Positions 54,655 through 64,000 of a stretch of 64,000 bases of DNA are shown one piece after another. The DNA is from Octopus vulgaris (taxonomy: Eukaryota). The translations under genes and the position numbers were made by a program. The notes under the pieces were generated by a model. That model was not told the origin of the DNA and did no database searches. It worked only from the letters and a program-made list of their open reading frames with translations. How positions within the stretch are numbered: position 1 is the stretch's first letter; each line of letters opens with the position of its first letter. The stretch covers positions 56,420,001-56,484,000 of the forward strand of contig OX597817.1 in the NCBI GenBank assembly GCA_951406725.2, written 5' to 3'.

Positions 54655-55699
54655 TAAAAATGTTTTAGCCCGAAGGCCGCGGCCATGCTGGGGCACCACC
54701 GATGAATGAGCTACACTAATATGTGAATCCACCTCTGATACGTGGCACTTGATCAACAAGGGAGTTTGATGCTGCTGCCCGCATCTGTGTCTCCTGTCGT
54801 GAGGTAGGTTCATCTGGGACTCCCGACAAGAAGAGATCCAGTTTAGTTTTAAAGAAACCCACATCCACACCATGTAAGTCTCTCAGACATTTAGGGAGAA
54901 TGTTAAAGAGCTGTGGTCCTCTAAAACCCAAGCTGTTGCAGTATCTGGACCCGTATTTTGATGGTGATGTTGGAATCTTTGGCAGCATGCAGTGGCGCCC
55001 CGTTCTGCGGTTGGGGTAACTTTGAATGCCAAAGTTTGGGACAAGACCCTCCAGGATTTTCCAGATGTATATCACCGCATATCTCTCCCGCCTCCGCTCT
55101 AGGGAGAAGAGGTTTAATACTTTCAGTCTTTCCTAGTAGCTGATATTTTGCATTGAGACTATCTTCTTTGTGTGGCTTCTTTGAATTGCTTCGAGTTCTG
55201 CTGTTAGTTTTATATTGTGTGGTGACCATAGATGGGAGCAGTAGTCCAAGCGGCTGAGGACGAATGTTTTCCAGAGGACCATCAGTGTCTCCTTCTCTCT
55301 TGTTCTGAAAGTTCGGAGAATCCATCAAGCTAGCCGTCTGCATTTTATCACCAGATTAGTAATATGCACTTGGAAAGATGCATCATTGCTCATGTCAATG
55401 CCCAGGTCACGTACTGGTTTTGACTCAGAGATTGCAATTCTTCCTGGGCCAGTGTATCCAGTCTGCACGTCGTTTGCCTTTGTGTGCCGGTAGCGCAGGG
55501 CCTGGAACTTACCTGCATTAAACTGCATGTTGTTGTCCTCAGCCCATCTGTATATTGTATCCAACTCCTGTTGCAGATGCGCAGTATTTTCAGGGTTTTG
55601 TATTGTGTGGGAGACTTTTGTGTCATCTGCATAGCTAGCAAGAGTGGCCATCGTAGCAACTGAAGGCATGTCTGAAAGGGCCACTATGAACAGGGCCAC

Positions 55700-55700
<1 letters not shown>
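54655..55700 (-). mobile_element. 5'-truncated CR1/L2-group LINE in (TA)n
   Basis: LFIVALSDM, SYADDTK, WAEDNNMQFNAGKFQ, VRDLGI, IYIWKILEGLVPN, GPQLFNILP; frameshifted. Confidence 0.92.
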
Positions 55701-55737
<37 letters not shown>

Positions 55738-55807
55738 GACTTTAAAAAAGACGGATGTGTAAACAACAAATAGATGTATTAGTTTAACGCTCGGGATGTG
55801 AGAAAGT

Positions 55808-55845
55808 CTTTAACGTTTCGAGCCTACGCTGTTTTCTACAGAAAG
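55808..55845 (-). ncRNA. degenerate minimal hammerhead-like motif
   Basis: cttt-CTGTAGA-aaac-agc-gtag-gct-c-GAAAC-GTT-aaag. Confidence 0.4.
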
Positions 55846-55931
55846 GAACACAGAAATAAACAGGGAGGGAAAATAGAAACAGGTTTAGTGGCTAGTGATC
55901 TAACAAGGCGAATGCCGGACATATGGGTTAC

Positions 55932-56016
55932 ACCTTTGCCGTTCCGCTAAGTTACGGGGACGTAAACACACCAAAATCGGTTGTCAAACGATGGTGGGGA
56001 CAGACACGCAAACATA

Positions 56017-56075
<59 letters not shown>

Positions 56076-56218
56076 ACGGGCTTCTTTCAGTTTCCGTCTA
56101 GCAAATCTACTCACAAGGCCTTGGTCTGCCCGAGGCTATAGTAGAAGACACTTTCCCAAAGTGAACCCGGAAGTGAACCCGGAAGCAAGCTTTTTACCGC
56201 ACAGACACTGTGGTGCCT
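55932..56218 (-). mobile_element. SINE family A, rearranged
   Basis: Family match; AAGTGAACCCGG tandemly duplicated. Confidence 0.8.
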
Positions 56219-56229
56219 ATATATATATA

Positions 56230-56528
56230 CTACCAGTATCGCCCGGCGTTGCTCGGGTTTTTAAGGGAAATAACTATATAAGCATTTTTAGAGAGTTACT
56301 TCCCTTATATGATAGCAAAAAATGCATTAAAAATGGAAAAAAATGATGGTAAATTTTTTTAAATCGTAGACTCATCGTAGACGCGCGATAATACCCAGAA
56401 GGGCTCGATATGAATCACGACTATAAGATACCCGCTTTTGGTTAAACTGCACCGCAAAATGTGGGAGTAGTTAGGAATCTAAATCGTAGGAGACAGACAC
56501 CACACAACTTCAGTTTTATATGTATAGA
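56230..56528 (-). mobile_element. non-autonomous Helitron-like element
   Basis: Minus strand A|TCTATACATATAAAA...CCCG-AGCAACGC-CGGG hairpin...GTAG|T; 3' end similar to 9942-9968. Confidence 0.7.
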
Positions 56529-56530
56529 TA

Positions 56531-56614
<84 letters not shown>

Positions 56615-56714
56615 TAACGGGAAGCTTTATGAAAATAAACAAAAGACGAAGGCAGGTAGAGTACAAACAAACAATTGTATTAGTATGGCGCTCAGGAATA
56701 TAAATAAAACAAGT

Positions 56715-56750
56715 CTTTTACGTTTCAAGCCTACGCTCTTCAACAGAAAG
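56715..56750 (-). ncRNA. minimal hammerhead-like motif (A6U core)
   Basis: cttt-CTGTTGA-a-gagc-gtag-gctt-GAAAC-GTA-aaag; stem III is only the ACGT palindrome. Confidence 0.5.
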
Positions 56751-56919
56751 ATACCCAGAAAAGAAACACGGAGAGAAACAAGGAGAGAAAAAAATGCGTG
56801 CAGAAGCTAGCGATTCAACATGACGATCTGATTCTGGCCAGAAGTCAGAGATCACACGTGAGACGCAAGAGCGAAAATAGGGGAGATAACAGGGTCAAAT
56901 GACTTCGCCCCAACATATA

Positions 56920-56955
<36 letters not shown>

Positions 56956-57369
56956 TGTATGTATGTATGTATGTATGTATGTATGCATGTATGTATACGG
57001 GATCCGTCGCTTATTAGTACGAAACTGATGTTCAACATAGAATGAAGAACTAATATCATGGATGTTTCTCGGTAGATCAACATTCCTCGAAATAATCCGG
57101 TAACGTCGGTTCCTCATTAGCTTCTATAGAATGGTCACTAGTCTCCAGTTTCTTTCTTTTATTCTCTCTCTTTAAACGTCTCTCTGTCTCTTCTTCTTCT
57201 TTTAGTCTTCTTCTTGATCTTATCAAAAATCAGAGACTTCGTTCTGGCTTTATTTTATTTCATTTCTTTGATATTATTTTTATGCTTTTTCTTCTTTTTT
57301 TCTACTTTATTTCTCTTTGCACATGTTGTTGCTTCTTCTGTTGTTGCTGTTATTGTAGTTGTTGCTGCC

Positions 57370-57640
57370 GTCTTCTTTATCTTCTTCTTCTTCTTCTTTT
57401 TCTTCTTCTTCTTCTTCTTCTTCTACTACTTCTTCTTCTCGCTTCCTACTTCTTCAATTCCTCCTTCTTCTTCTTCTTCTTCTTCTTCTTCTTCTTCTTC
57501 TTCTTCTTCTTCTTCTTCTTCTTCTTCTTCTTCTTCTTCTTCTACTTCTTCTTCTCCTTCTTCTTCTTCTTCTTCTTCTTCTTCTTCTTCTTCTTCTTCT
57601 TCTTCGTCGTCGTCGTCGTCGTCGTCGACGTCGTCGCCGT
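57370..57640. repeat. (TCT)n/(TCG)n microsatellite
   Basis: Directly visible. Confidence 0.95.
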
Positions 57641-57956
57641 CATTCTAATCTCGTCCTTTTCATCGTCATCACCATTATCATCATCATCATCATCATCAAC
57701 ATCGTCGTCATCTCTTACTCCTTCTCCTCTTCCCCTCCTCTTCCTCTTTCTCGGATTCATCTTCTCCCCCCACCCGCCAACCTTCACTCTCCACTCTTCT
57801 TTCTCCCCTTCGTTATCTCTCTATTTCACAAAACCCTTTCTTTTATTTATTCTGTATTATTTCTAGACATTTATTCTCGTTTACGCTCTATCCATATCTG
57901 TATATACATGCATCCGTATACATATATACATACTTACATGCACACACACACACACG

Positions 57957-58015
<59 letters not shown>

Positions 58016-58037
58016 TTTTATATGTATAAGCATGTGC

Positions 58038-58075
<38 letters not shown>

Positions 58076-58864
58076 ATATATGTGTGTGTATATGTATGTA
58101 TATAGAGAAGTGTATGTGTGGGGGTGTATGTACGTGTGTGCACATTAAGTCTTATCTCTCTATCTTTGTCACTGCTTCGGTCTTTAATTCTTAAATCTTC
58201 TCTATAGACACTAATAAGACATCTGGGAATGGTATTCGCCTTTTGATTTACTGATCGACGTAGATACACATACACACACGCACACACAACTTACAGACAT
58301 ACACACACACACGCACATACTTGTACATGCACCACATACACACACATATATTTACGCAAAGATGCACTTGCACAATATACGCATACACGCATACACACAC
58401 ACACGCATATAAAACTCATACGAAACTGAGAGACCATGCACACGCACACATACACACACACACACACACACACATATATAAATATACATACATACACAGC
58501 ACAAATGCACAAATCATACACAGTGACAGACAGACATATAGTTACATATATGCATAGAGAGACACACAAATATTCACATACACACACATACATCCAAGTA
58601 TCTACACACATACACACAGTAGCACACATACACACATACATATGCATGAAACCCCCGAAGAGACACAGATATATACTCATAAAAACACACACATCTATAT
58701 ACACGTATTCTTGAACACGCACACACATACACATATGTACATATACAAAGATACATGTATATAGATACAATCTCATAGAATGTAACTCGTACATACGCAT
58801 AAAGACACACAAAGACTACCATATATACCTACGTACATACATACACACACACACACACATTATT

Positions 58865-59104
58865 TTATTCTTTTAATTGTCTCATTCATTTGACTGTGGC
58901 CATGCTGGAGCACCGCATTTAAGGGTTATCTTAGTCGAAGAAATCGACCCCAGGACTTATTCTTTGTGAGCCTAGTACTTATCCTGTCGGGCACTTTTGT
59001 CGAACCGCTAAGTTCCAGCGACGTAAACACAGCAACAGTAGTTGTCAAGTGATGGAGGGAGAAGAAACACTGACACAAAGAACCACATGAATATATACAT
59101 ACAT

Positions 59105-59135
<31 letters not shown>

Positions 59136-59308
59136 AAGAGAAAGACGATGGGCTTCTTTCAGATTCCGTCTACCAAATCCACTCACAAGGCTTTGGTCGG
59201 CCCGAGGCTATAGTAGAAGACACTTGCCCAAGGTGCCACGCAGTGGGATTGAACCTGGAGCCATGTGGTTGGGGAGCAAGCTTCTTGCCACACAGCCACG
59301 CCTGCGCC
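58865..59308 (-). mobile_element. full-length SINE family A
   Basis: Family match. Confidence 0.9.
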
Positions 59309-59493
59309 TACATACATACATACATACATACATACATACATACATACATACATACATACATACATACATACATACATACATACATACATACATACATACA
59401 TACATACATACATACATACATGCACACATAGCTCCGTGTAAATATAGACACCTTATTCTCCCGACCTTCAGACTACTATTTGTTTCGTAGTTT

Positions 59494-59718
59494 ACAGTTT
59501 CGCAAACCAGGAGGAGGTCGAAACTGACATTTCAGAGTTCTTCGCTTTGAAACCAAAAGAGCTTTACATTGATGGGATTAAAAAAGCTTGTAAATAGATG
59601 GAAGGAAGTCATAGATAATCAGGAAAAGTACATTGATGATTAAATTTCAATTAAATATAACATTTGATCACTTGTTTTCTTTATTCAAAATTCGGACAGA
59701 ACTTATGGGGTGACCTGA
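59494..59718 (+). mobile_element. mariner 3' end, same family as 2800-3755
   Basis: Close match to 3531-3755; ends ...GACCTGA|TA. Confidence 0.9.
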
Positions 59719-60645
59719 TACATTCATGTACGTAGAGACAGACAGAAACATTTCACATACACAGAGAATGACGCACAACGATCGACGCGCGTTCGCAGAC
59801 GCAAACGCACGTACCTTTCAGCACACAACGTCACACCACCGCACCAACTCTATCTCTTCACAACTTCACCAACATACCAAGATGCCAAGACAATACTACA
59901 TCATTAAGCAATCACTAAAGCAGAACACTACAACACTGCTATACACTACGCCTCTTCAGTGTTGCGCATATCAAAGCACCAATACAACAACACCACTTTA
60001 CCTCGCCGATGTAGCAACACACAACCACAAGCAATTCCCACCACACCAACGAGCCAAGAAGTGGGGACTCGACTTGGTCGATTGATCTACTAAAAACAGC
60101 AGCTGATATCAACCAAAATTGACCTCAGTTCAGATGGTACAGTCTTAAACATGAATGATAACACCAACACTACGTCATAGAACCGTGACTAAATACAGAC
60201 TCCGCTGTTCACTTAGTCTGGGAATCTTTCTTGGAGACAATATCTCGTTAAGGAATTGTTATCTTATACGTGACAACGTAGGTGGTGGTGGTGGTGGTAT
60301 TAGTAGTAGTAGTGGTGGTTGTGATAGTGGTGGTAGTAATTGTGGTGGTTCGTTTTTGATGGTGGCGGTTCGTAGTGGTAGCGGTGAAGATAGTGTCAGT
60401 GCTGGTTGGTGGTGTTGTTGCTGTTGGTGGTGGTGGTGATGGTGGTGGTGGTGTGCTGGTTGCGTAGTCGTGCTAACTGTATTTTGTTCTGGTCGTAGGA
60501 TTGATAATAGAGATGTGTGTGAATGTGTGTGTGTATACTTGTGTGTGCATGTGTGTATCTCCCCATGTATGTATGTGCTTGTGTGTGCGTGAGGAGTGCG
60601 TGAGATATGTGTGGTTATGAATGCTTATATGTATCTGTGTGCTTG

Positions 60646-60679
<34 letters not shown>

Positions 60680-61087
60680 GTTGTGTGTGTGTCTTGTGTG
60701 TCTCGTGTGTGTACCTGCTTCTATGTTTGTGATTGTGTGTCAAAGCACGTAAGTTTGTGTATTTGTGCATATGAGCGAGCATGTACGTGTGTCTGGGTGC
60801 GTATGTAGATGTGTGTATATGTGTATGTGTGTGTGGTGTTTCTGTATGTATCTGCTTCTTTGAGTAAGTATATATGTGTGTATATGTGCATGTATGCACG
60901 TGCGCTAATTAGGATGGGAGAAAATTCTTGAATTTTCAGGGAAGTCTTTGTTTAGTCAAGTGTACACAAGAATACAAGAAACGTGTAACCACGCGTTCCT
61001 GGCACTGTCTCTTTCATTGTTTTTAAGTCTGTTTACATATATATATATATATATAGATATAGATATATATATATATATATATACATA

Positions 61088-61424
61088 TATATATGCTTTC
61101 GGTGTGAATGGTTTTGTTGTACGGCGCCATATTTTACAATCCTGTAAATAATAATAATGGTATTTTATAGAAGCTTAAAGCGATCATCGTGCAATGGCTA
61201 AGGAAAATAATCAAATAACGGTGCTTATAAGCCATCGACAAAAAAAAAGACGGCTTTCCTATTCGCATGGGACTCGAACCCACATTCCTTTGTGTTACCT
61301 TTACACCAACGAATTTGCCTCCCTCTTCCTGTCAAATTTAAGAACTATATTAGTTCGTATTTGTTTTATGTAAACAAACTTTCTATATATGCTTTCGGTG
61401 CGAATGGTTTTGTTATACGGGGCC
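61088..61424 (-). mobile_element. tRNA-like Pol III unit between ~38 bp direct repeats
   Basis: A box TGGTGTAAAGG, B box GGTTCGAGTCC, T9 run; repeats at 61088-61128 and 61384-61424. Confidence 0.55.
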
Positions 61425-61430
61425 TTTTTT

Positions 61431-61567
<137 letters not shown>

Positions 61568-61714
61568 TGTATATACAAAATAAAGGTTACAAACCTCATT
61601 AAGAGATAGCAAAATTCTATGAAAGTATTGGTTAGTTACCTATACAAAGAATGTTGAACATTACAGTTAATACTCATGTGCTAGGTAACCATGGTTTATA
61701 TATATTTTATTTAT

Positions 61715-62076
61715 TACAATGAGATAAGAAAATAGAGAGATAATTAATAAATTATTATTTATTAATTTTAAAAAACCTGACAAATATCCCCTACAGCTCT
61801 TTCAATCCCAGACCCAGAGAAAATTAATAAAATAAAAAATTATTTGCAAGTCGAATCTCTTCAGAGATTCCTGCTTGTTGAGGAAACGGCTGCAACCCGT
61901 AAACAGTTCGCAGCCAAACTACCTCTGAAGAGATTCTACTTTCAAATAATTTTTAATGTTATCAATTAATTTTCTGAAAGTCTGGGATTGAAACAGCTGT
62001 AAGGGATGTTTGTCAATTTTTTAAATTAATAAATGATAATTTATTAATTACCTCTCTATTTTCTCATCTTATTGTA
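61715..62076. mobile_element. fold-back PLE-like terminus (~150 bp arms)
   Basis: 61715-61866 is the reverse complement of 61923-62076; HHR in each arm. Confidence 0.8.
61922..62004 (+). ncRNA. type I hammerhead, canonical core, long loop II
   Basis: cct-CTGAAGA-gattct...gggatt-GAAAC-AGCT-GTA-agg. Confidence 0.7.
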
Positions 62077-62080
62077 TATG

Positions 62081-62159
<79 letters not shown>

Positions 62160-62170
62160 TATATAGAAGG

Positions 62171-62221
62171 AGCTTCTACAGGACTAGAACTGTTTCATTC
62201 AAGAGAAATCTTCAGGAAGCT
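62171..62221 (-). ncRNA. type I hammerhead, canonical core
   Basis: Exact reverse complement of 63026-63076. Confidence 0.75.
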
Positions 62222-62480
62222 AGTTAACAAGAATTGTATTGGCATTTATACATTTAGGCAGGTTTATAGGGGTGGTGGTGGGGGACTTTTTGGGGTAGGC
62301 ATAGCGCAAAAAAATCATACTTGGGGGAGTGGTCAAGGAGTCAGTGGTAAATTAGATAGAAGAATAAATAAAAGAATAAAGAATAAAATACAAAAATATA
62401 TAGAAGAATAGAGTTTTAGGTAAATAAGGAAATTCTCAACACACACACATATACATACACACATACATACACACACACAC

Positions 62481-62536
<56 letters not shown>

Positions 62537-62680
62537 ACATACATATATGTGTATATGTATATATGAGTATATAGGGACTTGTGTGTTGTGTGTGCATGTG
62601 TGTATGTGTATGTGTGGTCGTGTGTGTGTATATATACATGTGTGTGTGTATGTGTATATGCATGTATATGTGTATGTATG

Positions 62681-62711
<31 letters not shown>

Positions 62712-62730
62712 GTAGATATATGTATGTATA

Positions 62731-62765
<35 letters not shown>

Positions 62766-63025
62766 GGGTGTGTGTGTATGTATGTGTGTATGTATATGTG
62801 TGTGTGTTGAGAATTTCCTTATTTACCTAAAACTCTATTCTTCTATATATTTTTGTATTTTATTCTTTATTCTTTTATTTATTCTTCTATCTAATTTACC
62901 ACTGACTCCTTGACCACTCCCCCAAGTATGATTTTTTTGCGCTATGCCTACCCCAAAAAAGTCCCCCACCACCACCCCTATAAACCTGCCTAAATGTATA
63001 AATGCCAACACAATTCTTGTTAACT

Positions 63026-63076
63026 AGCTTCCTGAAGATTTCTCTTGAATGAAACAGTTCTAGTCCTGTAGAAGCT
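63026..63076 (+). ncRNA. type I hammerhead, canonical core
   Basis: agcttc-CTGAAGA-tttc-tctt-gaat-GAAACAG-ttctagtc-CTGTA-gaagct; 6 bp stem I, 4 bp stem III, U-U at the base of stem II. Confidence 0.78.
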
Positions 63077-63159
63077 CCTTCTATATAATAAATTAATTTT
63101 ACTCTGCTATGTATTGAGTACCTTATTTACTGTGGTTAACCCCGAATCAACCCGGGACC

Positions 63160-63214
<55 letters not shown>

Positions 63215-63243
63215 AAATAAGCAACAAGGATATCCAAGGTAGT

Positions 63244-63304
63244 GTAGTACAATCGTTTCATGCTACTTCATTTTATTAAACAATGTAAGTATTACATCAG
63301 TTTT
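63244..63304 (-). ncRNA. degenerate hammerhead-like motif
   Basis: CTGATGT-aa-tactt-a-catt...aatg-aagta-gcat-GAAAC-GATT-GTA; stem I does not pair. Confidence 0.35.
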
Positions 63305-63672
63305 AAAATGTAGAGCAATCTTCAGCCACATATAGAATTTTTTTAATTTAATGGACAATGGACATTTTATAATCACCCCATTTGGTTTATATGGATAATA
63401 CCATACCAAATTCTGGTGCCTTTAACTTAAATACCGTATCCATCTGAATCTAAATTTTGCTGAACTTATATATATATACAAAGAGAGAGAGAGAGAGAGA
63501 GAAGTTACAAAAGCGACAGAGGAGGTTACTAATAGTTAAACTAACATGAAGTGTCTTGCTCAAGAACACCAGCACCCGTTGTCAAGCGCTGGTAGGGGAC
63601 AAAGACAGACACAAAGGTACACAAACACACATACACACACATATCCTTTTTTATACACACACACACACACAC

Positions 63673-63718
<46 letters not shown>

Positions 63719-63846
63719 GTTAGAGGGAAACGCACAACAAAAACCAAGGTAGGGCGATTATCTCAAGTCATTTAGAAAAAATAAGTAGTTAGGTGATTAT
63801 TTGAGGTATCTTATTAATTAATTAGTTAATTAATTTATTATTAGAT

Positions 63847-63919
63847 GTCTTACAGCTGTTTCTGAGATATCCCAAGTGATATGTTTATCTCCATACACTG
63901 GGTATTCCATCATCAGAAC
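63847..63919 (-). ncRNA. type I hammerhead with long stem II, 5' side of stem I replaced
   Basis: CTGATGA-tggaatacccagtgtatg...catatcacttgggatatctca-GAAAC-AGCT-GTA-agac. Confidence 0.65.
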
Positions 63920-63996
63920 GTAAAGCGTGATGACAGGTGATATACCGCTAAGCATTTAGTCCGGCGTGCTAACGTTTCTGCCAGTTCGCCGCCTTA
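63913..63996 (-). mobile_element. SINE family B head fragment
   Basis: Matches 42020-42093. Confidence 0.75.
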
Positions 63997-64000
63997 ATCA

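Larger units (their letters stand above)
62154..63160. mobile_element. near-perfect fold-back element (~340 bp arms) plus 3' tail
   Basis: 62154-~62500 is the reverse complement of ~62745-63093 with very few differences. Confidence 0.88.

Overview
AT-rich, extremely microsatellite-dense eukaryotic DNA with no convincing host protein-coding gene. Almost all ORFs in the track are translations of simple repeats. The SINE types and repeat landscape suggest an octopus or other coleoid cephalopod intron/intergenic region (inference). Recognisable content: a 5'-truncated RTE-clade LINE with a ~65-69 bp target-site duplication, CR1/L2-type, Tx1/L1-type and RLE-type LINE fragments, three mariner families, two non-autonomous Helitron-like elements and more than 20 tRNA-derived SINE copies, including a tandem array. 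The main unexplained signal is about 17 hammerhead-ribozyme (HHR) motifs. Most lie in short elements inserted into (TA)n, often as long fold-back palindromes, which is consistent with Penelope-like element (PLE) termini. They include core variants (U4C, a G3-C8 swap). One motif, at 21813-21886 (-), has a perfect catalytic core but its three strands are in a non-circularly permuted order. All folds were read by eye; none were computed or tested.
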